Source: Candidatus Multivoradales bacterium
GTDB taxonomy: Bacteria > Acidobacteriota > Thermoanaerobaculia > Multivoradales > J023
Length of the DNA: 64,000 nucleotides
Direction: 5' to 3'
Assembly (NCBI GenBank): GCA_965248925.1
Contig: CBDFLE010000006.1
Coordinates: 4,864,001 to 4,928,000, forward strand
This document shows, piece by piece, positions 48,827-58,714 of this stretch (the stretch's first letter is position 1; each line of letters opens with the position of its first letter). Both the position numbers and the translations under genes were made by a program. The notes beneath the pieces are model-generated. The model worked only from the letters and a program-made list of their open reading frames with translations. It did no database searches and was not told where the DNA came from.

Positions 48827-49238
48827 CGGGACAGAGCAGCTAGACGACGTTGAGCTGCGCGCGCCGCTGCGCCAGGTCGCCTCTCAAGTCACCGGTGCCT
48901 CCCTGCGCTTGGAGCATTCCTGGATCGTGGCGCGGGCCAAGCTCCAAGTGACCCCCAGCACCTCCACTGGAGACCTTGCCGGCAGCTTCCTGGCGAGCCT
49001 TAATCGCTGCTACTTGGAGCCCGCATCCGCCATCCTCTGGTTCGTCGACAAAGTCCTCGACTCGCGCCGTGGTGGTCACCGGCAAGCCGAGCAGTTTCTG
49101 CGCACTCTGGCCGAGCGACACCCCATCCCAAGGCACGGGCAGCGCCGCTGCGAAGCCATGGACCAGCTGGCCAACACCCTCACGCAATGTGCCCTCGAAA
49201 CAGCTCTGGCCGCGAGCCAAGTCAATGACCGCCGGTGA
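48819..49238 (+). CDS. Hypothetical helical protein (cassette gene C')
   Basis: 8-bp overlap with B'; paralog of 9089-9484. Confidence 0.7.
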   Translation: MDSGTEQLDDVELRAPLRQVASQVTGASLRLEHSWIVARAKLQVTPSTSTGDLAGSFLASLNRCYLEPASAILWFVDKVLDSRRGGHRQAEQFLRTLAERHPIPRHGQRRCEAMDQLANTLTQCALETALAASQVNDRR

Positions 49239-49332
49239 AATTTTTCGAGGCCTGTTGTAACGATGCCGGCCCTTTTACGCCTATAGATACTGAAGCGACC
49301 GAAACCCGTGTCCGCGAAAGGAGCAAACCCCA

Positions 49333-50004
49333 ATGCCGAGCCATCACGTCCCTTCTGCCTTGCCGGTTCTCTTACTCACCGCCCTGCTCACCCTGCCATC
49401 CCCAACCCAGGCTCTCGACCTGACCTTCGACAGCCACGCAGCCACCGCCGTCGGCCTGGCGGCCGACACCCCGGTGGCCTGGCTGTGGACCGGGCGGGTG
49501 GTCGAGGGCTATTCCACCCGCGTTGAACTCGAAACCCGCGCCGGCCTGGCCGACCGCTCTGGGGCGGTGCGGCTCCTGAGCGAGCGCCCCTTGCCCGAGC
49601 AGTCGATCTGGGCATTGGCTGACCTCCGCAGCGGCGACCTGCTGCTCGATTGGCCAGCAGCCTCGCGAGCCAGCCTGCTGGAACTGCCAGCCGTGGACTT
49701 GGAGCCCGACCGCCTGACCCTCGCCGGTCGCCGCTACCAGGCTCTGCTGATCCGCCCCGGCGTCGGCGCCTGGTCTGCCCTGGTGACCGATGGCGGCGAC
49801 GCCGATGCCGACGGCGAACAGAACGCCAGCGTCACCGTAGCGGTGGAGCACTTGCTGCCGCTGAATGAGGAAACCCCCGCCACCGCCGAGCGCTTGAAGC
49901 CGGGTGATCGCCTGCTGCTGGCCGACCCCGACCACCTACGTCTGTGGGTCGCCGCCATCGATCGCGAATCATTCAAGGATCCGTCCCCCAGCACCTCTCG
50001 CTGA
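49333..50004 (+). CDS. Secreted hypothetical protein preceding RHS gene
   Basis: AAGGAG RBS, signal peptide (TQA), DGGDADADG loop; 17 bp before RHS start. Confidence 0.8.
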   Translation: MPSHHVPSALPVLLLTALLTLPSPTQALDLTFDSHAATAVGLAADTPVAWLWTGRVVEGYSTRVELETRAGLADRSGAVRLLSERPLPEQSIWALADLRSGDLLLDWPAASRASLLELPAVDLEPDRLTLAGRRYQALLIRPGVGAWSALVTDGGDADADGEQNASVTVAVEHLLPLNEETPATAERLKPGDRLLLADPDHLRLWVAAIDRESFKDPSPSTSR

Positions 50005-50021
50005 ACACCGAGGAAAAGACT

Positions 50022-53000
50022 ATGAAAACCACCCCCCAGCCCTTCCGTCTGTTCTCCGCCGGCTGCCTGCCGGCCTTGATTCTGGCCCTGCTGCCAGTGC
50101 TCTTCCTCTTGTTACCCGCAATTACTCATGGTGCGCAGCAGCATCCCACTAGCGAGCGTGGATTCGACGCCAAGAAAGCCTACGCCTTTGCCGATACCGA
50201 TCACGTCAGCCTCTACAACGGCGCCCTCACCCTAACCTTCCCCATCGGCCCCACATACAGGGTAGGTCGCGGTCTGTCCTACGCGCTAACCTTGGTTTAC
50301 AGCTCCAAATTGTGGGACTGGGAATTCGAATGTGGCACGGGTAACTGTGGGTCGGTGGCTTGGGCCAACCGCGACAGCAACGGCGGCTTCGGTTGGCAGC
50401 TTTCGCTCGGAAGGCTGGTGGCTCCGCTGACCCCGCCGCGCAACGACACCCCTCGCTGGCTATACATTTCAAGCGATGGTAGCGAACATTTTTTTTACGA
50501 TTCATTGGTCAACGAAGCCCCGGTGGCCAACGTTTACTACAGCCGCGACAGCACTTACTTGCGGCTGAAGAAGGCAGGTAGCCAGTGGCAGCTCGAAGAC
50601 GGCAGCGGTATCACCCACACCTTCAACGCCAATGGCGACCTGCGCCGGCAAGAGGACGCCTTCGGGAACTACCTGACCATCGGCTATGGCGCCAACACCT
50701 GGGATATCGCCGACAGCACCGGCCGTACCCACACCTTGACCTTCGCCAACAAGCTACTTGACGGCGCCCAAGTACCGCACCTCACTCGCGCCAACCTGGC
50801 GGCCTTCGGCGGCCAGCGGGCACTTTGGGACTTCACCTACCAGCTCGCCACCGTCGACCGTCCCGCCCCGTCGCCGAACGAGGGCGCCTACGCGCCGCCG
50901 AGAGCGCATTTCCTGACGAAGATCTCGCTGCCCCACGGCCAGAGCTACGAGATGGGGCCGGTGGCCCAGCGTTACCACCTGTCGCGAGCCACGGACCCCC
51001 GTAGCGTCGGTCAGATCAAAGCGGTCGATTTGCCCACCGGCGGCCTGGTGGCCTGGACGTACGAAGACTACAAATTCTACACTAACGGCGAACCGCTGAG
51101 CGGTCCGGGACGTCCGCGGCTTGAGTTTCAGCTCTCCTCAGGGGTCAGCTCGCGGCGCCTGGTCGACACCGATGGTGGCGAGTTGGGCAAGTGGACTTAC
51201 AGCCAGGCGGTAACCTCGGAGAGTGGCAATCCGGCGGTCGAGTCGGTCACCACGGTCCGGGCACCCTCGGGGCAGAAGACGATCCACTTTTTCTCGACCT
51301 ACCAAGGGGGCACCACCAGCGTTACCACCGCCAACGAACTCGATCTGGGGCTGCCCTTCACGCCGAAGAACCCGGTGGGTGAGCGGCGCCTGTCGCAGCG
51401 GGTACTGTCGGCCGGCGGCACCGACCTTCGCCGGGTCGAGGTAGGCTACAAACGAGACGCCGCCGCGCCAATTAGGGATGTGCAGGTCCGTGGTCAGCTC
51501 GCCCCCGCGGCGCGCGATCGTAATCAACGAATATTCGTTACCCGTACGATCTACAAGGACGACGGCAACAGGTACGCCGAGAACCGCATGTCGGGCTATG
51601 ACGGCGTGGGCCACTATCGGCGCACAGTGCGCAAGGACAACTTCGACGGGGTGAAAACGCGCAACCAGTTCACCCGATATCATCCCGGCGGCATGCCCAA
51701 CACTAACCAAGCCTGGGTCCTCGGAACCTACGACTACCAGACCACCGTCGACACCGGCGGCGCTACCTTGCGCCGTGACACCTGCTTTGATCCGGCGACC
51801 GGCTTCTTGAAAGTCGAGCGGGTGCGCAAGGCCAACCCCTCGCCAAGCTCGGACGACGTGGTGCTCACGATGAGCTACGACCTCGATCCCGGCAGCAAGA
51901 TCGAAACCGTGGTCGTGCGCCATTTCGGCGGTGATACGGGCGCCGTGGCGGCGCCCGGCGACGTCTGTGCGCTGAATCCGGCGCACAGCACTAGCCACGT
52001 TGCTCTGGAACACAAGTGGCAGTACGGCTCGGGCCGCTCAAGCCAATTCTTGAAACTCGATGGCAGCCGCTTCTCCTTCTTCGAAGTGCTCCAGGCGGTT
52101 GATCGGAACAGCGGCCTGATCAGTGCGAGCACCGACCGCTCGGGATTGGTCACCACTCTCAAGTACGACCTTCTTGGCCGCCGAATCGAGTCCAAGCCCT
52201 CTGCCGGCCACGGCGCATGGACGCTATACGCCTACGCCAACACCTTCAACTCGGCTGGCCCCAAGATCGAGATCCGTCACATCGACCGCGATACCACCGC
52301 CTCTCTGGCCAAGCGCGAGCTACGCTTCGACGGTATCGGCCGGTTGATCTTAGAGCGCCAGCGCCAGCCTAGCGGGCTGTGGGCCAAACGGGTGACCGCC
52401 TACAGCGGCGAGGGTTGGACCCAGAGTCAGTCCGAGTGGTACCGCCCCGCGAGCACCGTCCACCGCACTTATTTCGATCACGACGCCTTTGGCCGGGTGA
52501 TCAAGGTCGTGCCTCCCGATGGCGCAACCCACGATGTGCGAGTGACCTACGTTGGCGATCGGCGGGTGAAGCGCTGGGGGCGGGTGGGAACCTCGGTGGC
52601 TGGGAACGGCAGCGTCAACCAAACCCAGTTTGCCACCGAAGAGACTTACGATGGCTATGGCCGGCTGGTGCGGGTATCCGAGCCCGCAGGCGGTCTGCTG
52701 GCGACCTACTTTTACGACTCCGGCGATCGGTTGAAACAGGCTAATCTGAAGGGCGGTAGCACCACCCAGATTCGTACTTTCGAGTACGACGGTCGAGGCT
52801 TTCTCCGCTCCGAGAATCACCCCGAGGCGCAGCAGATCACCTACAGCAACTACGACTCTCGTGGCAAGGCCCGCCGCCGGGTGCAGGCCGGCGTCGACCT
52901 GTCCTACACCTATGATCGGGCCGAGCGCTTGACCTTGGTTCGCGAAGGCTCGGCCGGCAATAGGGTCCTCAAAGAGCTGACCTACGCCACCACCAACGTG

Positions 53001-54959
53001 GGCAGCAACCGACGCCGAGGCAAGCTAGAGAAGGCGGTGCGCCACAACTACGTCTTCAGCCCCCTCCTCCCCGGCAAGGTGCTCGACGCGACGGTCACCG
53101 AGACTTACACCTACAAAGGCCGCGACGGGCGACCCTCAAGCAGGCGCACCCGCGCCGAGGTCAACGGTACGCTAGTGACCGACTTCAACCAGTCATGGGC
53201 TTTCGACGGCCTCGGCCAAGTAACCCAGCTGGGCTACCCGCGCTGCTCAGGCATCACCAATTGCCCCAACGTGACAGCGCCCTCGCCCAACCGCAGTTTC
53301 ACCCACGCCCTGGGCTACTTGGTAGCGGTGCCGGGCTACGCCAGCTCCCTGACCTACCATCCAAGCGGTATGATAGCCAACGTTGTGCATACCAACGGCC
53401 TCACCGATGTTTGGGACGAAGATCTAGGCCGGCCCCGGCCGAGCAGGATCAGTGTCACCGGTACGGTAGCCACCAGCCTGGGTGACCACAGCTATGACGG
53501 ATCCGGAAACCTGGTCCGCCGCCGCTTTGCCGGCGTCTTCGACGATCATTACACTTACGACGGCTTGAACCGAATCAAGGTCTTCGAAGATTCCTCCGGC
53601 GACCAAGGCTATCAATACGATCCGTTCGGCAATCTGACCGGCATCACCGGAGTCAACGGCCGCACCCTGGCCGTCAATCGAGCCACCAATCGGCTCAGCG
53701 GCGCGGTGGTCTACGACGGTCGTGGCAACGTCCTCGCCTGGGGCTCGCAGCTTTATTCCTACGATGCTTTAGGCATGATGAGCACCCGCAACTATCCCGA
53801 AGACACCTACATCTACACCGCAGACGAAGAGCGCCTGTGGACCTTCCACTGGCAGGGCTCCTTCGAGAGCCTGGTCGAGACCTGGACCGTCCGCGATCTT
53901 GACGCCAAAGTGCTGTCGATCTTCGAGAACCCCAAAGGCACCAATCCCTGGACCTTCCTCAAGGACTACGTATATCGCGGCGGCCAGCTGCTGGCCGCCG
54001 ACACTCATTTGACGAGCCGCCGGTCGCGACAGCACTTCAGCCTTGACCACCTGGGCAGTTCGCGGCTGACTACCGACCGCAACGGTGCGCCGATCGCCAG
54101 CCACACTTACTACCCGTATGGCGAGGAGGTGGCTACCGCTTTTGACTCAGAGCAACTCAGGTTTACTGGGCACGAGCGAGATTTTGCTGGCGGAACCTAT
54201 GATTTGGACTACATGCATGCTCGGCATTGCAGTCCGCAGCTGGGGCGGTTCTTGAGTGTGGATCCGGTTCTGCTTTCCAGCGTCGCTCTTCCGGCCCCCC
54301 AACAGTGGAACCGCTTCAACTATGCGATCAACAACCCGCTCAATGTCACAGACCCAACTGGGATGTATGTAGTTAACTGCGCTGGCGATCCAAAGTGCAA
54401 GTATAACTCAAATAGATTTGAGAAAGCTCGCCAGAGTAACCTGGGGGCCACTAGAGAAGGAGTGGCAGCAACAGCTTCTGCCTATGGGGGCCCAGGAGTA
54501 AAAAATGGTGTTGAAGTTGTGTTTGGGTCTACGAAGCCCGGTTCCGCAGCCAATGCGAGCTTCGACATTACCTTCAAACAAGGCAGCGGATTTAGCCTTG
54601 CTGCGATCATTACTATTCAACCCAGCCTGGACAACGATGAAATGCGGGCAACCGTTGGACACGAAGGGCAGCACTTGGTCGACGCTCAGGCATTTTTCAA
54701 CACTTTCACGGACGCAGGCACCTATGATTCCTCAAAGAACTTAACGACTTTTCAAACAGAGACGAACGCCTTTTGGATAACGCAACGGATTCTAAGCCTC
54801 GACAATAGTTCCTTTGCTTACGAGGTAAAGGGTGCCAGTACGGTTCGCCTTAAGGGCATGGATTCTAAAGCGCGCGTTGAGTCGAAGATCAATAAGATCT
54901 TGTCGGGGTCGTTGTATAGAAACGAACTGAAACGTCTGATGTTTCCTAATTTGCCGTAA
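50022..54959 (+). CDS. RHS/YD-repeat protein with signal peptide and C-terminal HExxH domain
   Basis: YD repeats; core DHLGS.R, YYPYGEE, FTGHERD, GRFLSVDP, Y..NNPL..TDPTG; tip VGHEGQH..TETNAF. Confidence 0.93.
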   Translation: MKTTPQPFRLFSAGCLPALILALLPVLFLLLPAITHGAQQHPTSERGFDAKKAYAFADTDHVSLYNGALTLTFPIGPTYRVGRGLSYALTLVYSSKLWDWEFECGTGNCGSVAWANRDSNGGFGWQLSLGRLVAPLTPPRNDTPRWLYISSDGSEHFFYDSLVNEAPVANVYYSRDSTYLRLKKAGSQWQLEDGSGITHTFNANGDLRRQEDAFGNYLTIGYGANTWDIADSTGRTHTLTFANKLLDGAQVPHLTRANLAAFGGQRALWDFTYQLATVDRPAPSPNEGAYAPPRAHFLTKISLPHGQSYEMGPVAQRYHLSRATDPRSVGQIKAVDLPTGGLVAWTYEDYKFYTNGEPLSGPGRPRLEFQLSSGVSSRRLVDTDGGELGKWTYSQAVTSESGNPAVESVTTVRAPSGQKTIHFFSTYQGGTTSVTTANELDLGLPFTPKNPVGERRLSQRVLSAGGTDLRRVEVGYKRDAAAPIRDVQVRGQLAPAARDRNQRIFVTRTIYKDDGNRYAENRMSGYDGVGHYRRTVRKDNFDGVKTRNQFTRYHPGGMPNTNQAWVLGTYDYQTTVDTGGATLRRDTCFDPATGFLKVERVRKANPSPSSDDVVLTMSYDLDPGSKIETVVVRHFGGDTGAVAAPGDVCALNPAHSTSHVALEHKWQYGSGRSSQFLKLDGSRFSFFEVLQAVDRNSGLISASTDRSGLVTTLKYDLLGRRIESKPSAGHGAWTLYAYANTFNSAGPKIEIRHIDRDTTASLAKRELRFDGIGRLILERQRQPSGLWAKRVTAYSGEGWTQSQSEWYRPASTVHRTYFDHDAFGRVIKVVPPDGATHDVRVTYVGDRRVKRWGRVGTSVAGNGSVNQTQFATEETYDGYGRLVRVSEPAGGLLATYFYDSGDRLKQANLKGGSTTQIRTFEYDGRGFLRSENHPEAQQITYSNYDSRGKARRRVQAGVDLSYTYDRAERLTLVREGSAGNRVLKELTYATTNVGSNRRRGKLEKAVRHNYVFSPLLPGKVLDATVTETYTYKGRDGRPSSRRTRAEVNGTLVTDFNQSWAFDGLGQVTQLGYPRCSGITNCPNVTAPSPNRSFTHALGYLVAVPGYASSLTYHPSGMIANVVHTNGLTDVWDEDLGRPRPSRISVTGTVATSLGDHSYDGSGNLVRRRFAGVFDDHYTYDGLNRIKVFEDSSGDQGYQYDPFGNLTGITGVNGRTLAVNRATNRLSGAVVYDGRGNVLAWGSQLYSYDALGMMSTRNYPEDTYIYTADEERLWTFHWQGSFESLVETWTVRDLDAKVLSIFENPKGTNPWTFLKDYVYRGGQLLAADTHLTSRRSRQHFSLDHLGSSRLTTDRNGAPIASHTYYPYGEEVATAFDSEQLRFTGHERDFAGGTYDLDYMHARHCSPQLGRFLSVDPVLLSSVALPAPQQWNRFNYAINNPLNVTDPTGMYVVNCAGDPKCKYNSNRFEKARQSNLGATREGVAATASAYGGPGVKNGVEVVFGSTKPGSAANASFDITFKQGSGFSLAAIITIQPSLDNDEMRATVGHEGQHLVDAQAFFNTFTDAGTYDSSKNLTTFQTETNAFWITQRILSLDNSSFAYEVKGASTVRLKGMDSKARVESKINKILSGSLYRNELKRLMFPNLP

Positions 54960-54980
54960 TCAACAACTTCGAGGTCCATT

Positions 54981-55205
54981 ATGCAAGATTTAGCTCGAAC
55001 TGCCTGGGTTGCCTGCATTCTCTCTTTGAGTTTCTTGCATTGCGGGCTCACGAACGCGGCAGAGCACGAGTTGAGCCCGTTGCGAGAAGTAAAAACGGCA
55101 ACAATTTTCGTTCTCGTAGTTTATGATCGGGGGCGAATAAGGAGACCTGACGATTGGCTCCTGTCGCCCATCAACTTTCAGGCCCTGTCTACGCCGGGAA
55201 ACTAG
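54981..55205 (+). CDS. Short secreted ORF, possible truncated immunity gene
   Basis: GAGG RBS, signal peptide, directly after RHS; LSPLREV resembles LSPLDHV of 55507. Confidence 0.5.
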   Translation: MQDLARTAWVACILSLSFLHCGLTNAAEHELSPLREVKTATIFVLVVYDRGRIRRPDDWLLSPINFQALSTPGN

Positions 55206-55346
55206 AAAAAGTGACTCTCCTCAACTTGCAGTGGGTGATTTCAGCCGGCAAGGGTAGAGAAATGCCCTGAACACCGGTGTTTACGGCACCTGAGCCTCTC
55301 CCAGCTCCTTGCACACACGCCTGAGCCCCGATCGCCGCCGCCGCCG

Positions 55347-55414
55347 GCCCTGTGGGAGGGGCGGTAAGCCGCGGCAGGGCGGGGGTCTCCGGCTTTCCGC
55401 GCCTTCCACAGGGC
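55347..55414. repeat. Long imperfect inverted repeat (REP-like hairpin)
   Basis: GCCCTGTGGGAGGGGCGGTAAG ... CTTTCCGCGCCTTCCACAGGGC. Confidence 0.65.
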
Positions 55415-55506
55415 ATCTGCAAAGCCACCAAGGAACCCACTCCTATTTGAGGAGAGCCGAAAAAGTCTTGTTTCCAAACTTTCAATAGAGAAGCGAGGAG
55501 ATCAGA

Positions 55507-56118
55507 ATGCAGATTCAAGTCGAACGTCTTTGTTTCGTTATCCTAGTCTTTGTGGGCCTTGGCTCAGCGTGCCACGGCGACATGCTTCGCCCGCTCAGCC
55601 CACTCGACCATGTCACATCAGTATCACTGTCCATCTTGGTTGGTTCGAAGATGGGTCTCGAAGAAGACTCCACAACTTGTGAGATCTTCTATGGCGAACC
55701 TCAAAGGGAACAACGGTTTCAGGACGCAGTGTCCCGAGCGCTAGCGCCAGCGCTCCATGCCTCTGGCATTGCGCTCGACAACAATGCAAAAAGCGAGATT
55801 CTCGTGTACGTGTACGGCCACGGCCGTCGAGAGAATGATGGGAGCTGTGACCAGTACGTCTACCTGGTCGCAGTTGACGCCTATAACGCCGAGGTCGAGC
55901 CGGAAGAGTATGGGGAGATCGATCGAATCATTGGGCTCGTAGAAGGCGAGGCTCTTGAGGCTGTTTTGGCGAATACAGCCATTGAGATTGTGATACGCGA
56001 AATCGAAGGGCGTGTTGCCGCGGGCGAGCCCCGATCCTACCTGATTAGTTCTTCGCGCTTCAAGATAGTTCCGAATGCGTCTGCTGCTAGCGCTAGGAAA
56101 GAGATGGAGGACCCCTAG
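55507..56118 (+). CDS. Exported hypothetical protein, candidate RHS immunity
   Basis: GAGGAG RBS, hydrophobic N-terminus, AT-richer codons, position in post-RHS array. Confidence 0.7.
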   Translation: MQIQVERLCFVILVFVGLGSACHGDMLRPLSPLDHVTSVSLSILVGSKMGLEEDSTTCEIFYGEPQREQRFQDAVSRALAPALHASGIALDNNAKSEILVYVYGHGRRENDGSCDQYVYLVAVDAYNAEVEPEEYGEIDRIIGLVEGEALEAVLANTAIEIVIREIEGRVAAGEPRSYLISSSRFKIVPNASAASARKEMEDP

Positions 56119-56186
56119 CTCCACTTAGTCAGAGTCCAAGATTAACTTTCACAATGTCAATGAGAAGAAACCAGACGAGGTCTATT

Positions 56187-56666
56187 ATGTCGTGTTCAGG
56201 GATTTCTAGACCGCTTCTCTTATTGTTGCTAGGTCTACTTGGTTGCGCCCCAGCAACGATTGGATCACCTCCAATCATCGCCGCATACTCTACAGGCGGA
56301 ATTGTTCCGCTTGTAACGCGCATCGACGCCTATCCGGAGCAGCGACTCGTCTTGCTTTCGTCGAGTTACTGCGGCAAGAAGCAGCTGCACTTGTCTCGTC
56401 CGGATATGGAGCAACTTACAGCGCTACTCGAGATGCTCGCAGAACTTGACCTGCCTTCAACTGAAGAACAAGACGACCCAGAAGCGGCCGGATTTTATCT
56501 GGCCATTTTTGGTCACGAGATAAGCGGGCTGAGAGGGCCTGCTGACTCTCAAGTCTCGAGCTTGCTAAGTAAGGTCAGCAGCCTCATTGGCGAGGAAGCG
56601 GGCCGTTATCCTGTTTTCGGGCAAACGAATGCAGCTGCACTAAGGTTCACTAAGCAACGGCAATAA
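56187..56666 (+). CDS. Putative lipoprotein, candidate RHS immunity
   Basis: LLLLLLGLLGC lipobox. Confidence 0.65.
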   Translation: MSCSGISRPLLLLLLGLLGCAPATIGSPPIIAAYSTGGIVPLVTRIDAYPEQRLVLLSSSYCGKKQLHLSRPDMEQLTALLEMLAELDLPSTEEQDDPEAAGFYLAIFGHEISGLRGPADSQVSSLLSKVSSLIGEEAGRYPVFGQTNAAALRFTKQRQ

Positions 56667-56677
56667 GGTGGTTAACG

Positions 56678-57208
56678 ATGCGAAACTACATCAATGTTCT
56701 CCTTTTTACTGCAGTGCTACTAGTGAGTCCATTGGCGGCAACGTCCCTCCTTCGCGTTGATCTCGTAGAGATCACAGAGGCTGCGTTCAGATTCAACGCC
56801 TACCTGAGTTACGGTGCTGACGATGAACTCAAACCACTGGCACGGAAACTGAATTTGGCCGGAAACGGAGGGCGATTCGAAAAACAGCTGAAAAAATGCG
56901 GCGTAACAGCGATTCATAGCGGAGGTATTGGTTCAATTCTTGTTCATGTCGCCTTATGGCCCAGAGAACGTGCCGGCGCGGAAGACGATCGAGTATTGGT
57001 TTCCGTCAGTGTCTACGTGGCACGAAAGGGGTTTGTTGAAAGGGACGCCGGGACAGACCCAGCCTACGTCGAAATCTGGAGTCGCCTGAACGTCCATGAA
57101 CTCGCTAGAGGAGATGTCATCTCCACCGTCCTCGGCGAAACGGAAGATTGGCTCGGCACGCTGTGTTCAGAAATTAGATTTGCCAGGGACTATCTCCAGC
57201 GACAGTAG
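56678..57208 (+). CDS. Exported hypothetical protein, candidate RHS immunity
   Basis: Signal peptide (SPLAA); followed by hairpin at 57218-57244. Confidence 0.7.
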   Translation: MRNYINVLLFTAVLLVSPLAATSLLRVDLVEITEAAFRFNAYLSYGADDELKPLARKLNLAGNGGRFEKQLKKCGVTAIHSGGIGSILVHVALWPRERAGAEDDRVLVSVSVYVARKGFVERDAGTDPAYVEIWSRLNVHELARGDVISTVLGETEDWLGTLCSEIRFARDYLQRQ

Positions 57209-57570
57209 TGCGTAGAATCGGGGGTTCGCTAGTGGGACCCCCGACTCCCGCCAAGGAGGTGCCAATCATATATTGAGAGGAGCACGTCCAGCGCGCCGCG
57301 GTGCTGCTGAAATCAGTCGCTCAGGCCGCTACGCGGAGTGTTTTCTGCGGGCCTGGCGAGGCAACATCGTCTTTCGAGGACAGGGACGCTCGGCAACGCG
57401 CCTGGCACTGACTTTTGGGCAGCCGGTGGCACTGAGCACCCCTCTCGGGTGCAGTCGTCAGCCGGTTAGTTATTCACTAGGATCTCAGAAGTAGTCGACC
57501 GGCCACCTCTACCCGGGTGCCAGAGACTCGACTGGCCGCACCAAGGGCGGTGCTGGTGGAAAGCTGCCGC

Positions 57571-57632
57571 ATCGGCTCTTCCTCATGCCCAGTCTCTCAT
57601 TTTGACTGGACCAGAATCTTGGGAGCACTTCA
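57571..57632 (-). mobile_element. Isolated left end of the same IS3-family element
   Basis: TGAAGTGCTCCCAAGATTCTGGTCCA..GGGC ATG AGG AAG AGC CGA (MRKSR), then similarity stops. Confidence 0.7.
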
Positions 57633-57818
57633 CAGCCAAATCGTTCGCATGCGGGGGATCTCCTGAGAAACGGTCTGAAATGTCTGGCAGGTTCGCGCCG
57701 TGCCACTCGCAAGACTCAAAGGCTGGATCAGCGCGACAGGTAGAACCGAATAACAGTAGATTCGCAATAGGTGCCGAGGATCTGACACGAATTCTGAATT
57801 TCTCCGCAGGAGAAACTG

Positions 57819-58139
57819 ATGATTCTGAGAATGTGGACTGGGTGGACGACGGCAGAGAACGCCGAGGCTTATGAGACGCTGCTGCGCGAGGAGATCTTCC
57901 CGGGTATTGCAGCGAAAGCGGTCGTTGGCTATCGAGGCATTCAGCTCTTGCGTCGGGAATCGGCGGCAGGCGAAGTCGAGTTCGTCACTCTGATGCGCTT
58001 CGACTCCTGGCAGGCAGTGCAGAAATTTGCCGGCGAAGATCTCGAACGCGCCTATGTGCCGGCGAGTGCCCGGCTAGTCCTCAAGCGCTTCGATCAGCGC
58101 TCGCGGCACTTCGAGCTGCGGGCCGACATAGAACCCTGA
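57819..58139 (+). CDS. Antibiotic biosynthesis monooxygenase (ABM)-like protein
   Basis: MI.RMW.G.T..ENA.AYE, EFVT.M.FDS..AV..FAGED. Confidence 0.85.
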   Translation: MILRMWTGWTTAENAEAYETLLREEIFPGIAAKAVVGYRGIQLLRRESAAGEVEFVTLMRFDSWQAVQKFAGEDLERAYVPASARLVLKRFDQRSRHFELRADIEP

Positions 58140-58143
58140 GAGC

Positions 58144-58620
58144 CTAGAGCCAGCGCCGCACGGAACGTTGGTAGGCCGAGTAGGCGTCGCCGAACTTGCT
58201 GCTCAAGTACTCCTCTTCGTGGCGCACCGCGGTGAGGTAGACCAGGGCCAGGGCTAGCGGCACCATGGCCAAGATCCAGCCGTTGGCGCGAAAGGTGGCG
58301 AAGGCGGCCTGGGTCAGCGCCATGCCGACGTACATCGGGTTGCGGGTGTATTTGTAGATCCCGGTCGAGATGATCGCGGGAGTGGGTTGCCACGGCTTGG
58401 GATCTTGGCCGCTGCGGCGGAAAAGGCCGAGGGCGGTAGCTAGCAGAGCGCTGCCGAGGATGGCGAAAAGCAGGGTGGCGGCGCGCAGCTGGCCGGTGGA
58501 ACCTGGCAACGGCAGCGCCAGGACCCAGCGTTGCAAGGCGAAACCGAGCACTATGGTGGCCAGGAACGCTAGCGGCGGCGCCAAGCGCACCTTGGCGTTG
58601 TCTTGGTTTTCAGAACTCAT
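58144..58620 (-). CDS. Isoprenylcysteine carboxyl methyltransferase/PEMT family membrane protein
   Basis: TG.Y.YTRNPMY.G, EE.YL..KFG..Y..Y..VRRW. Confidence 0.92.
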   Translation of the reverse strand: MSSENQDNAKVRLAPPLAFLATIVLGFALQRWVLALPLPGSTGQLRAATLLFAILGSALLATALGLFRRSGQDPKPWQPTPAIISTGIYKYTRNPMYVGMALTQAAFATFRANGWILAMVPLALALVYLTAVRHEEEYLSSKFGDAYSAYQRSVRRWL

Positions 58621-58714
58621 CGGCCGAGACTACCCTACCCACCGTGAATAGCTCACCCACACAGCCGTATTCTAGCTTGGATCCCAATTCACATCCCCCC
58701 TAGGAGACTCAAAA

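Noticed and set aside
57275-57290. GAGAGGAGCACGTCCA as another IS3-type end
   Set aside because: Only a 7-bp core matches the other ends, and there is no adjacent transposase remnant
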